DNA from: Anaerolineae bacterium
GTDB lineage: Bacteria; Chloroflexota; Anaerolineae; Fen-1058
DNA: 64,000 nucleotides
Assembly: GCA_035283185.1 (NCBI GenBank)
Contig: DATEUJ010000144.1
Span: forward strand, 17,185-81,184
Direction: 5' to 3'
Shown: positions 1-10,681 of the stretch, piece by piece
Layout: each line of letters starts with the position of its first letter
How positions within the stretch are numbered: the stretch's first letter is position 1
The notes under the pieces: model-generated
What the model was told of the DNA's origin: nothing
Database searches by the model: none
Seen by the model: only the letters and a program-made list of their open reading frames with translations
Position numbers and translations under genes: made by a program

Positions 1-1024
1 GCAATTCGTCTCCGAGATGCGTGCTTTCGCCAGGAAATACGACTGCACAAGCCCGTTGTATGCGTGCCTCGATCACGGCGGGCCGTGGCTGAAAGATCGG
101 CACACGCTCGACGGCCTGTCGTACGAAGCGACGATGTTGGAAGTGAAGCGCAGCCTGACGGCCTGCCTCGAAGCAGGCTACCAACTGCTGCACATCGACC
201 CGACGGTCGATCGCCGCTTGCCGCCCGGTCGGCCCGTGCCGGTGCAAGACGTCGTCGATCGAACGATCGAGTTGATCGCGCACGCGGAAGCAGAGCGGCG
301 GCGTCTCGGCCTGCCGCCGGTCGCCTTCGAGGTCGGCACGGAGGAAGTGCACGGCGGTCTCGTCGATTTCGGCGCGTTCGAGTCCTTTATCAAGAGCCTG
401 CACGCTGGGCTGGAAGCGCAGGGTTTGTCGCACGCGTGGCCATGCTTCGTCGTCGCGCAAGTCGGCACCGACCTGCACACGGCGTTCTTCGACGCGACCA
501 CCGCTCGGAGGCTCACGTCGATCGTCGCGCCGATGGGGACGCTGCTCAAGGGGCATTACACGGATTGGGTGGAGAATCCAGCCGAATATGCGGCCAGCGG
601 CATGGGTGGCGCGAACGTCGGGCCGGAGTTCACCTCGGAGGAGTACCTGGCGCTGCGCGATCTGGAAGCGAAGGAACAGGCGCTGTGCCGCAACCGGCGC
701 CTCGGGCCGTCGCGTTTCACGCGCGCGCTCGAGAAGGCCGTCGTCGATTCGGGCCGCTGGAAGAAGTGGCTTCAACCCGAGGAGCGCGGGCTCGATTTCG
801 ACGCGCTCTCCGGCGAGCGCCGCTCGTGGCTGGCGCAGACCGGCGCACGCTACGTCTGGACGCATCCCGATGTCGTCGAGGCGCGGCGCAGGCTGTACTC
901 GAATCTAGAGGTAGTCATGCCTGATCCGCACGCGCAGGTCGTCGAGCGCATTGCGCGAGCGATCGACAAGTACGTCCTCGCCTTCAACCTGTTCGATTCG
1001 CTGACACTGCTCGAAGCGGTTTAA
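1..1024 (+). CDS. GatZ/KbaZ-family (class II tagatose-bisphosphate aldolase family) protein, 5' end probably outside window
   Basis: ORF 17..1024 stays open to the window edge. Blocks [32 protein letters not shown] and GANVGPEFT match by eye the GatZ blocks GGDHLGPN, IHLDCS, IGTEVPxPGG, VVQPGVEF and LKVGPALT. Confidence 0.6.
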   Translation, partial: QFVSEMRAFARKYDCTSPLYACLDHGGPWLKDRHTLDGLSYEATMLEVKRSLTACLEAGYQLLHIDPTVDRRLPPGRPVPVQDVVDRTIELIAHAEAERRRLGLPPVAFEVGTEEVHGGLVDFGAFESFIKSLHAGLEAQGLSHAWPCFVVAQVGTDLHTAFFDATTARRLTSIVAPMGTLLKGHYTDWVENPAEYAASGMGGANVGPEFTSEEYLALRDLEAKEQALCRNRRLGPSRFTRALEKAVVDSGRWKKWLQPEERGLDFDALSGERRSWLAQTGARYVWTHPDVVEARRRLYSNLEVVMPDPHAQVVERIARAIDKYVLAFNLFDSLTLLEAV

Positions 1025-1134
1025 GGTAAGTGAGGGACCTCGCCGCCTTCGAACCGCACGTTGCGCCGAATCCGATCGTCGAGAAGAGCCGACAGCTGCT
1101 CGGCGCTGGTGACGTTTAGACGCTCGACCTCGCG

Positions 1135-1260
1135 CTAATTCGCGATGATTTTTGGACGCAGATTTCGCAGATGAACGCAGATAAGATCAAAATCAGCGAA
1201 ATCTGCGCGCTTCGCGTCTGCGTCCGAAAACCTTTGGCTGCGGCGCGCTTCGCAGAGCCG
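1135..1260. repeat. REP-like palindromic intergenic element
   Basis: Nested inverted repeats: GGACGCAGA/TCTGCGTCC and GCAGATTTCGC/GCGAAATCTGC. Lower GC than the flanks. The 171-aa ORF across it looks spurious. Confidence 0.45.
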
Positions 1261-1274
1261 CGCTATGCAAGCCT

Positions 1275-2231
1275 TTACGATCTCGGTGCGCTCAGGCGCT
1301 GAAACCAGCTCAGGAAGAGCGTGAGACATCCTCTGTTTCGAACGGTGTTCGGGTCGACGACGTACGTCCACCAGTTGTTGCGGATGCCGTCCGTCTCGCC
1401 CCCGGCGTGTGGCAGGCGCTCGAGCCACCATAGATGGTGCAGGCGCGTGTCGCCGTTCCCCCAGTCGCGGCAGTCGACCATGCGCCGCGCGCCGGTCAGG
1501 TTGGGAAAGTTCAGCCAGTCGTCGCAGTCGCTCGACACCGGGCGCAGGTTGCCCCAATCGTAGTCGCGCTCGCTGTTCGGAGCGAAGTGCACGTTGCCAG
1601 CCGCGGCGCGCCCGGGCGCGATCTTGTCGTAGCGCGAGAAGCGCTCCCACAGGTTACGCTCGCCCGTCACGCCTTCGTACACCTTCGCCATGATGGCCTC
1701 GGCGCGATGACCGAGGTCTTCCAGCATTTCGCCCACCTCGCGCTCGTAGCTGAAGCCCATGATGACGAACCGCCGCTCGCTGTGCTCCGTGCCCTTCACC
1801 GGCGGCGAGTTGCACCAGAACGCATCGCGCCCGCACATGGTCGACTCGTAGTAGCCGGCGTACGGAAAGCCGATCAGCCACACCTCGTCGATCTGGTTGG
1901 CCGCGATCTTCTCGATCATGCGGAATTCGCGGATGAGCGCAAGGTAATCGATGGCGTCAGGCTCGTGAAAGCCACGCTGCTCGCGTATACAGCGCAGGTA
2001 CGACGCGGCGTCGTAGCGGAAGCCGTCGATTTTCGCCGGAAAGTCGTCGACTTCGATGCGCTCGACGATGCGGTACTCCACATGGCCGTGACTGGCCCGT
2101 CGCACGTCGCGGATGTACTGGTCGGCCAGCGCGTCCGGGTCGTTCCAGCCCAGCGCCTGGGAGAGCTTGGCGCCCTGCTGCGGATCGACGACCGGATTGT
2201 GGATGATGAGCAGCGCTCGCGGAGCGACCAC
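1275..2231 (-). CDS. conserved hypothetical protein (no domain recognised)
   Basis: 318-aa ORF with non-repetitive, coding-like composition. The opposite-strand ORFs are Arg/Ala-rich shadow frames. Confidence 0.5.
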   Translation of the reverse strand: MVAPRALLIIHNPVVDPQQGAKLSQALGWNDPDALADQYIRDVRRASHGHVEYRIVERIEVDDFPAKIDGFRYDAASYLRCIREQRGFHEPDAIDYLALIREFRMIEKIAANQIDEVWLIGFPYAGYYESTMCGRDAFWCNSPPVKGTEHSERRFVIMGFSYEREVGEMLEDLGHRAEAIMAKVYEGVTGERNLWERFSRYDKIAPGRAAAGNVHFAPNSERDYDWGNLRPVSSDCDDWLNFPNLTGARRMVDCRDWGNGDTRLHHLWWLERLPHAGGETDGIRNNWWTYVVDPNTVRNRGCLTLFLSWFQRLSAPRS

Positions 2232-2383
2232 GGCACACCTCGGTCATCAAGGATAATGGACGCCGCAAGTATAGCGCGTGCTGCGCTGAATCTCAAGCAT
2301 CTGCCTGGTTCTTGCGCAGCCTGTGAGCGATGGTAGAATGTTCATACACTAGGAGAGCATCCCCTCACCGGAAAGAAGGTTCC

Positions 2384-4264
2384 ATGCCGATCCGGATTCT
2401 GCTCGCCGACGACCATAGCGTGGTGCGTCAAGGGCTGCATATGTTTTTGAGCCTCGACCCGGAGCTAGAAGTCGTCGGCGAAGCCGCCAACGGGGCCGAA
2501 GCCGTGCATCTGGCCGAGGAGCTGAAGCCGGACGTCGTGCTCATGGACTTGATGATGCCGGTGATGAGCGGGCTGGAGGCCACGGCCGCCATTCGCGACA
2601 AGGGGCTGCCGACCCGGGTCATCGTGTTGACCAGCGTCTTAGAGAATTCGGCCGTGACGGCGGTCATCCGCGCCGGGGCCATCGGTTACCTTCTGAAAGA
2701 CACCGAGGCCGACGACCTGCGCCGGGCCATCAAGGCGGCCACGGCGGGACGGGCGCAGTTGTCGCCTCAGATTGCCGCTCGCCTGCTGGCCGAGACGCGC
2801 GCCCAGGACAGCTTCGAAACGCTCACCGATCGCGAAAGCGAGGTGCTGCGCCTGGCGGCGCAGGGCCTGTCCGATCAGGAGATTGCCGCCAGGCTGGTCG
2901 TGAGCGAGCCGGTCGTGCACTCCTATATCGGCGATATTCTGGACAAGTTGCGCCTGGCCAACCAGGCGCAGGCAGCGCTGCTCGACTTCTCCAACCAGTT
3001 GCTCGACCGCCCTGATCCGGTGGCGCTCACGAACTACCTGGTGCAGGAGATACCGCGCCTGCTGCACGTCGACGCCTGCGCTCTGTTGCTCCCTGGGAGT
3101 GAACCCGGTTATCTCAACTTCAGGGCCGCCAGCGGTTGGCATCGAGACCCTGTGGCCGAGTGCACCCGTCTGCCCTTCGACGAAGGCAACGGCCCTGGCT
3201 GGGTCATGCGGTCCCGGCAGCCCTGGCAGGCAGAAGACCTCACCCGCGTAGATTCGGCGTCCTGGGCGTCGGATTGCTGGCGGGCGGAAGGTTTTCGCGG
3301 ACATGCGCTGATCCCTCTCCTGACGGAAGGCCGGGCCATCGGCGTGCTGGCGCTCAGCAGTCGCCAGCCGAGATTGTTGGACGACGACGAGGTGCGCTTC
3401 CTGCGTCTGCTGGCTAATCAGGCAGCTCTGATCATCGAACAGACGCGGCTGCACCAGGTCGAGCTTCACCAGCAGGATCTGGAAGGTGATCTGGCCGCAG
3501 CCCGGCAGATCCAGCTCGGCTTGTTGCCGGAGTCCTGCCCTCGCGTGACGGGCTGGGAGTTCGCGGCCGCCTACCAGGCGGCCCGCCTGATCGGCGGTGA
3601 CCTGTACGACTTCATCGAATTTCCCGGCGCGCCTGCGCCGACTGGGGGGACGCCGACCGGAGGGACGCCGACCGGAGGGAGGCGGATCGGCGTGCTCATC
3701 GCCGATGTCTCCGGCAAGAGCACGCCGGCGGCTCTGTTCATGGCCCACAGCCGCGCCGTCATTCGCGCTACTGCGCTCGGCCAGCCCAGCCCGGCGCTGA
3801 CCTTCAGCCAGGCGAATGACTTGATTCAGAAAGACAATCAGACCAGCCATTTTGTCAGCGCCTTCTATGCCATCCTGGATACCGGCAGCGGTCGTTTGAC
3901 TTACGCCAACGCAGGCCACCCGCGGCCGCTGCATTGGCAGGCTACGACAGGTCACTTTCAAGAGCTGGCGGGCCGAGGCATGGTGTTGGGCGTGTCCGAC
4001 CGAAGGGTCGAGTACGAGGAGCGCCAGATCGACCTCGCCCCGGGCGACTTGCTGATTCTGTACACCGACGGCATCAGCGAGGCGGTGAACATCGATCTGG
4101 AGCTGTTTGGGCAGGCGCGGCTGCTGGAGACGGTGGCAGCCGCTTCGTCGGGCAGCCCTCAGGAGGTCATTGAGGCCATCCTGGCCGCCGTCCAGAGATT
4201 CACCGGCGAGGCGCCGCAAGCGGACGATTTCACACTGGTCGTCGTGAAGCGATTCGCCATTTGA
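2384..4264 (+). CDS. response regulator fusion: REC + LuxR-type HTH + GAF + PP2C/SpoIIE phosphatase
   Basis: ATG at 2384 preceded by GAAAGAAGG. N-terminus MPIRILLADDH...DVVLMDLMMP (REC). TDRESEVLRLAAQGLSDQEIA (LuxR HTH). GAF-like middle. C-terminus GGDLYDF...IADVSGKSTPAALFM...LYTDGISEA...DDFTLVVV (PP2C/SpoIIE motifs). Confidence 0.8.
   Translation: MPIRILLADDHSVVRQGLHMFLSLDPELEVVGEAANGAEAVHLAEELKPDVVLMDLMMPVMSGLEATAAIRDKGLPTRVIVLTSVLENSAVTAVIRAGAIGYLLKDTEADDLRRAIKAATAGRAQLSPQIAARLLAETRAQDSFETLTDRESEVLRLAAQGLSDQEIAARLVVSEPVVHSYIGDILDKLRLANQAQAALLDFSNQLLDRPDPVALTNYLVQEIPRLLHVDACALLLPGSEPGYLNFRAASGWHRDPVAECTRLPFDEGNGPGWVMRSRQPWQAEDLTRVDSASWASDCWRAEGFRGHALIPLLTEGRAIGVLALSSRQPRLLDDDEVRFLRLLANQAALIIEQTRLHQVELHQQDLEGDLAAARQIQLGLLPESCPRVTGWEFAAAYQAARLIGGDLYDFIEFPGAPAPTGGTPTGGTPTGGRRIGVLIADVSGKSTPAALFMAHSRAVIRATALGQPSPALTFSQANDLIQKDNQTSHFVSAFYAILDTGSGRLTYANAGHPRPLHWQATTGHFQELAGRGMVLGVSDRRVEYEERQIDLAPGDLLILYTDGISEAVNIDLELFGQARLLETVAAASSGSPQEVIEAILAAVQRFTGEAPQADDFTLVVVKRFAI
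3638..3682 (+). repeat. in-frame 15-bp tandem repeat (about 3 units) encoding PTGGT-PTGGT-PTGG inside the PP2C domain
   Basis: ccgactgggggga-cg / ccgaccggaggga-cg / ccgaccggaggga-gg read directly. It lies between the DLYDF and IADVSGK motifs. Confidence 0.8.
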
Positions 4265-4293
4265 AATTTGGAGTTTGAAAGGCAGGTACCCTG

Positions 4294-4935
4294 ATGCCCA
4301 TTCGCATTCTGCTGGTTGACGATCATAGTGTCGTGCGCCAGGGGCTGCGCATGTTCCTGGCGCTCGATCCGGAGCTGGAGGTGATCGGCGAGGCGGCGGA
4401 CGGCGCCGAGGCCGTGCGCGTGGCGCGCGAGTTGAAACCCGACGTCGTCCTGATGGACATGCTGATGCCGGTCATGGACGGCGTCGCCGCGACGGCGGCC
4501 ATTCGACGCGAGCTTCCCGACACAGAGGTCATCGCGCTGACCAGCGTGCTGGAGGACGAGAAGGTCATCGGCGCCGTGCGCGCCGGAGCGATTGGCTATC
4601 TGCTGAAGGACACCGAGGCCGACGATCTGCGCCGGGCTATCAAAGCTGCCGCCAATGGTCAGGTGCAACTTTCGCCGAAAGCTGCCGCGCGCTTAATGCG
4701 CGAGGTGCGCGCTCCCGATAGCCCGGAGGCGCTGACCGAGCGTGAGACCGACGTGCTCCGCCTGCTGGCGCAAGGGAAATCGAACAAGGAGATCGCCCAC
4801 CAACTGAGTCTCAGCGAGAAGACGGTCAAGACCCACGTCAGCAACATTCTCGCCAAGCTCGGCGTGCCCAGCCGGACACAAGCCGCTCTGTACGCCGTGC
4901 GCATTGGGTTGGTCTCGATTGACTCGGCATCGTAA
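4294..4935 (+). CDS. NarL/FixJ-family response regulator (REC + LuxR HTH)
   Basis: 213 aa. Close paralog of the first ~200 aa of the upstream fusion gene. [39 protein letters not shown] is a canonical LuxR HTH. Confidence 0.9.
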   Translation: MPIRILLVDDHSVVRQGLRMFLALDPELEVIGEAADGAEAVRVARELKPDVVLMDMLMPVMDGVAATAAIRRELPDTEVIALTSVLEDEKVIGAVRAGAIGYLLKDTEADDLRRAIKAAANGQVQLSPKAAARLMREVRAPDSPEALTERETDVLRLLAQGKSNKEIAHQLSLSEKTVKTHVSNILAKLGVPSRTQAALYAVRIGLVSIDSAS

Positions 4936-4960
4936 CTGCTCACCCGCGCTTCGGAGTTGT

Positions 4961-5026
4961 CCACGAAGCCACACGAAGCGACACGAAGTTGAAGATTCTT
5001 TCGTGAAGATTCGTGTGAATTCGTGG
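4961..5026. terminator. long imperfect hairpin between convergent genes (3x CACGAAG, then 3x TTCGTG, 10-bp phased)
   Basis: CACGAAG at 4962, 4972 and 4982. TTCGTG at 5000, 5010 and 5020. The arms pair as CCACGAA/TTCGTGG and so on. Lies between the stop at 4935 (+) and the stop at 5044 (-). Confidence 0.5.
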
Positions 5027-5043
5027 AAGAAAGAGGATACGTA

Positions 5044-5412
5044 TTACACTGTGCGCGCGACACCCCGAATAGCCGCGAGCAGCGCTTCTTCGCCGGCGTG
5101 CTTGCTGACGAAGGCGGCCGCGCCGGCGTCCTTTGCGCGCGCGTGTGTGGCGGAGCTCTCGTGCACCGTCAGGATGACGACGCAGCAGCCTGGCTCGATC
5201 GTGCGCAGCGCTTCGGTGGCGGCGATCCCGTCCAGGCGGGGCATCTCGATGTCCATCACCACCACGTCCGGGTGCAGCTCGTGCACTTGCCTGAGCGCTT
5301 CCACCCCGTCCTTCGCTTCCCCGATGACCTCCAGGTCCGGCTCCAGCGCCAATCGCATGTTGAGTCCCTGACGAACAGCCGGCTGGTCATCCACCAGTAA
5401 GATTGTGATCAT
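5044..5412 (-). CDS. single-domain CheY-like response regulator
   Basis: Internal ATG at 5412 gives MITILLVDDQPAVRQGL...DVVVMDIEMPRLDG. The upstream part of the 181-aa ORF is Pro/Gly-rich and non-homologous. Confidence 0.8.
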   Translation of the reverse strand: MITILLVDDQPAVRQGLNMRLALEPDLEVIGEAKDGVEALRQVHELHPDVVVMDIEMPRLDGIAATEALRTIEPGCCVVILTVHESSATHARAKDAGAAAFVSKHAGEEALLAAIRGVARTV

Positions 5413-5890
5413 GTCCTTTTCCGATCTGGTAGAGAGTTGGCTTCCCGGAACTCGCCGTCCGACGGTCTCGTGGTCGGCCACTCTCCCCTCTCCTGCTGCT
5501 TGCGCCCCGCCCAGCGGGGTCGTCTGCGACGGCCTGCCCTCGCCTGCCGTGTGCGGGGGGAGGGGGGCCGGGGGTGAGGGCCACGGCAAGCGGCGAGGCT
5601 CAACCCTGAATTTCTCGCATTCTATGCCGTCTCAGCCTGGCCGTCATGGCGGAAACGTTGGAAAAGGCGTTCGGCACTTGGGGGGAAGAGGTGGGTCGGC
5701 CAAAAGATGTAGGAGGAAGGGTGTGGCCTTGCAGATTCTGGCGAGTGAATCTGGCCGATGGGAATGGTCGCGGTCCAGCCGTGCTTGGCGGCGAATTTGC
5801 GCGAGAGGCGGACGAGGCTGTCGATATGACGGGGCCGCGGGAGAATGAGGCGCACCGCCGGCGTGCCCTCGCCTCGCTGGAAGGCCGCGG

Positions 5891-6928
5891 CTAGTTACTG
5901 CCGTCGGCTTCGATGCGCCGGCGCAGCGCGCGGCCCTCGATCGGTGTGACGATCCGGCGTAATTCGGACTCGCGATCTCCGATTGGAGTCGCCTCGCCTG
6001 TCGGCCGGGGTGTCGTCCTGGCCTGGTTGGCGACGATCAGCACGACGGCCGTGACGATGACCGCTGCCGCAACGAGCGTGCGCGGCGTCAGCGATTCGCC
6101 TGCTAACGTCCAGCCGAGGAAGACGGCGACCACCGGGTTGACGAAGGCATACGTGGAGACGCGCGCCGGCGTGCTGACGCGCAGCAGCCAGACGTAAGCC
6201 GAGAACCCCACGAGCGATCCGAAGACGATCAGGTATCCCAATGCCAGAAGCGAGCGCGGCGATACCTGATCCAATCGAAGCTGGCCCGCTTCTCCGGTCA
6301 GCAGCCCGGCGACGAGCAGCAGCGCCCCGCCCGCCAGCATCTCCATCGCCGTCGCCAGGAGCGGCTCCGGCGGCAGTTGAGCCTTGCGCGAGTACAGCGA
6401 TCCGATAGACCATGACAGCGCGGCCAGCACGAGCACCAGCACGCCGAGCGAGTTCACATTGTCGCCGCCCGCCGATTCCCCCGGACTCACCATGAACACG
6501 ATACCGAGCAGGCCCAGAACCAGGCCGAGCGTCACGCCGAGATTCGGGCGAACCTTGTCGCCTCTCAGCCAGTTGAGCAGCGCCATCCACAGGGGCACCG
6601 TCGCAATGATCAGCGCCGCCAGGCCGGACGGTATCACCTGCTCGGCCCAAATGACGCCGCCGTTGCCGCCGAGCAGCAGCAGACCGCCGACGACGAAGGC
6701 CGACCGCCAGTGGACGCGCAATATCGGCGTCGCGCGCTGCCGCCGCGTCAAGGCGTACAGGATGGCGCCGGCGATCAGATAGCGCGCTCCCCCCATCAGG
6801 AATGGAGGCGTCGTCTCGATGGCGAAGCGAATCGCAAGGTAAGTCGATCCCCAGATCGTGTAAATGGCCGCGAAGGCCACCAGCACGCGCCAGCGTGATG
6901 GGATACTCGATAAACTAAGCTTGGTCAT
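5891..6928 (-). CDS. EamA/DMT-family transporter
   Basis: About 10 predicted TM segments. IWGSTYLAIRF motif. Two EamA-like halves. Confidence 0.8.
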   Translation of the reverse strand: MTKLSLSSIPSRWRVLVAFAAIYTIWGSTYLAIRFAIETTPPFLMGGARYLIAGAILYALTRRQRATPILRVHWRSAFVVGGLLLLGGNGGVIWAEQVIPSGLAALIIATVPLWMALLNWLRGDKVRPNLGVTLGLVLGLLGIVFMVSPGESAGGDNVNSLGVLVLVLAALSWSIGSLYSRKAQLPPEPLLATAMEMLAGGALLLVAGLLTGEAGQLRLDQVSPRSLLALGYLIVFGSLVGFSAYVWLLRVSTPARVSTYAFVNPVVAVFLGWTLAGESLTPRTLVAAAVIVTAVVLIVANQARTTPRPTGEATPIGDRESELRRIVTPIEGRALRRRIEADGSN

Positions 6929-6944
6929 TCCATCTCCCTTGTAG

Positions 6945-7931
6945 TCATGTGAACTTAATTACGCGCATCGGCCACTTGCCTCGGTTGCGGCGCAGGTAGT
7001 CGTCGCGGTGTCGGGCGAACTCCGCGTCTAGCGCCGACAACGGTTGCGAACGGCCGTCCAGCACGACGCCCGGGTCGATCGTTCGCAGTTTGGTGCTCAC
7101 TCGGAACGTGGGCGCAGTCTCGTCCCACACGAACTGCGTGTCCGGCGAGATGAGGCTCAGCTCGCTCTGAAGTTTCGGATGGCTTGCGGCGTGCAGCTTC
7201 GCCCACAACTGCCCATCCGTGCCCCAGATGTCCGCTTCGGCGATCGCGCCGGTTTCCAATCCCGTTCTGACGGCGCGGGCGGTCAGCTCGTACAGGCCGA
7301 CCTCGCGGAAGTTGGCCCAACTGGCCCGATCGGCGGCGATGTAGGTATAGCCCATCCAACGCGCGACGTCGATATCGTCGGCGGCGATGCGGTCGTCATG
7401 TACGACCAAATGCTTCAGGACACGCCGCACATCCTCGTCAGTGGACAAGCCCAGGTCGCGGCTGTCGCGCAGGAAGTAGTCCAGCCGGTCCGCGCACAGC
7501 GCCGGCGCAGGCTGTTCCAGCAGCGGGAAGTCCGCTTCGTGCAGAAAGTCGCGCCAGTCGAAGCCGTGCCGCGCAAGGATTGCGGGGACGTCTGTCCCGG
7601 CGAGGTATTCCTCCTGCACCCCCTCGTGATAACTCTGGCTGTCGTGCCCGCCGAACACGTAGTCGATGACGTGGCTGAATGCCGTGTGGCTGACGTCGTG
7701 CAGAAGCGCGGCGATTTGCTCCTCGAGCGACGCGCCTAGACGCCTCACCAACAGCATCACTCCGGCGGAGTGCTCGAAGCGGGTCGTGGGACGCGTGATC
7801 CCGATCAGCCCGCTGATGCCGTGCTGCAAAACGCCGTGCAGTCTCTGCACGGCAGCCGAATGCACCAATTCGACCAGGATCGGCTCACCGATCTCGGCCG
7901 GGCCATATACCACATCGTGATGCAGGATCAA
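6945..7931 (-). CDS. HD-domain metal-dependent phosphohydrolase
   Basis: RFEHSAGV...LLHDVSHTAFSH (H...HD...H pattern). Confidence 0.75.
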   Translation of the reverse strand: MILHHDVVYGPAEIGEPILVELVHSAAVQRLHGVLQHGISGLIGITRPTTRFEHSAGVMLLVRRLGASLEEQIAALLHDVSHTAFSHVIDYVFGGHDSQSYHEGVQEEYLAGTDVPAILARHGFDWRDFLHEADFPLLEQPAPALCADRLDYFLRDSRDLGLSTDEDVRRVLKHLVVHDDRIAADDIDVARWMGYTYIAADRASWANFREVGLYELTARAVRTGLETGAIAEADIWGTDGQLWAKLHAASHPKLQSELSLISPDTQFVWDETAPTFRVSTKLRTIDPGVVLDGRSQPLSALDAEFARHRDDYLRRNRGKWPMRVIKFT

Positions 7932-7937
7932 TGGGCC

Positions 7938-8246
7938 TCACATGTCACGAACGGGCACTTCATAGTGGATCACCGTGGGTTCGAATTCTAACAGAAACTC
8001 GCGATCCTCGGGATAGTATCGGGCCTTGTCGACTTCAGCTCCGGCGAAGCGTTTCACCGCGTCCATGGAGTCCCAGAGCGAGATCAAGAGGAAATGAGCC
8101 ACATCTTCCTCCGTTCGCCTGAGGACGTACACGCCGCGATTGCCCGGTGTCGCGCGGAGGTCGCGGACTCCAGTCTGGTTCAGAGTGTCCAGGTAAGCGT
8201 CCGCCTTCGACGCCGGAGTGACGCCGTGCCACAATCTCGCGATCAT
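7938..8246 (-). CDS. ABM-like (dimeric alpha/beta-barrel) monooxygenase-family protein
   Basis: 102 aa. The size and pattern (...FLLISLWDSMDAVKRFAG...) are typical of ABM domains. Confidence 0.55.
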   Translation of the reverse strand: MIARLWHGVTPASKADAYLDTLNQTGVRDLRATPGNRGVYVLRRTEEDVAHFLLISLWDSMDAVKRFAGAEVDKARYYPEDREFLLEFEPTVIHYEVPVRDM

Positions 8247-8528
8247 GTGATGCTCCTTGTGCTGCGCCGTCTGATGACGAGCGCCGCCGTGACCATCATT
8301 TGCCTGTATGGCGCCGTCTCCTGCTTCGCTCGTGCGCAGCGCGTCCGCGCTGTTGGACGAGTGTCCCAGGGCATAACTGATTGTATGTCAGGGCTAGGTG
8401 CCTGTCCTGATGAATGAGTCGGAATCTTGCGCGACGTTCGATGGATGGGAAAGCTCAGCCGAAAGATGTAGTCGGGCTGAAGGTGTACCCGATCGCGCGG
8501 GCGACAGGCAGTAGCTGTTCAATCACCA

Positions 8529-10236
<1,708 letters not shown>

Positions 10237-10250
10237 AGGGGAGTCTCCTC

Positions 10251-10313
10251 TGGCTGATAGCAGATAGCGGATGGCTGATAGCGCATGGCCGACAGCTATT
10301 GGCTATCAGCCAT
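10251..10313. repeat. GGCTGATAGC motif cluster (two direct copies plus one inverted copy) upstream of the flavoprotein gene
   Basis: tggctgatagc at 10251-10261. atggctgatagc at 10271-10282. gctatcagccat at 10302-10313 is the perfect reverse complement of the second copy. Confidence 0.7.
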
Positions 10314-10330
10314 TTGCCATCGGCCGTCTG

Positions 10331-10579
10331 CTACTGCGCCGGCTCGGTGAGTTTGATTAGCTCGAGACAGACGTGCCCCACGCCGGTCTCAAAGGAATTG
10401 TCACAATACGGGCACACTGCTCCGAATGATTCTTTACCGGCTGCCACGTAGCAGCATCCAACGGGGCAGATGTGAATCGTCCTTGGACCAAGCAGTTCAG
10501 TGCAATAGGGACATGTCTTCTGAAGCGGAGTCTTGCGATTGGTCGCCATGCCTCGCTTTGGGGATGATGCGCGTTTCAT
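10331..10579 (-). CDS. small Cys-rich zinc-ribbon-like protein
   Basis: ATG at 10579 with GGAAGGAG RBS. 82 aa with 9 Cys, including two CPYC motifs. Lower GC than the surroundings. Confidence 0.5.
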   Translation of the reverse strand: MKRASSPKRGMATNRKTPLQKTCPYCTELLGPRTIHICPVGCCYVAAGKESFGAVCPYCDNSFETGVGHVCLELIKLTEPAQ

Positions 10580-10681
10580 GTGATGCTCCTTCCACAAGCC
10601 AACAAAGACTTCCTCAGCCGATTTCGCTTTGGAAGCCTTTGCTGGCCGTGGTGTGAACGCAGAAGATGTGTGCCGCTCGAA

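Noticed and set aside
2639-4219. 526-aa ORF on the minus strand, plus many similar long antisense ORFs: 16498..18171, 27223..28575, 35922..36818, 48688..49422, 50811..51785, 54830..55663 and 5895..6650.
   Set aside because: All lie antisense to, or out of frame with, genes that have clear family motifs. Their translations are Arg/Ala/Gly/Pro-rich low-complexity strings, typical of shadow frames in high-GC DNA.
5547-5578. G-rich tract (G7, G6, G5, G3 runs) with G-quadruplex potential in the 480-bp gap upstream of the CheY-like gene.
   Set aside because: It is a single occurrence in a high-GC genome and lies within a spurious ORF extension. Nothing links it to a function.
5646-5894. 82-aa plus-strand ORF and neighbours in the 5413-5890 gap.
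   Set aside because: No RBS, no recognisable motif and overlapping alternative frames of similar quality. The region is left as unannotated intergenic sequence.
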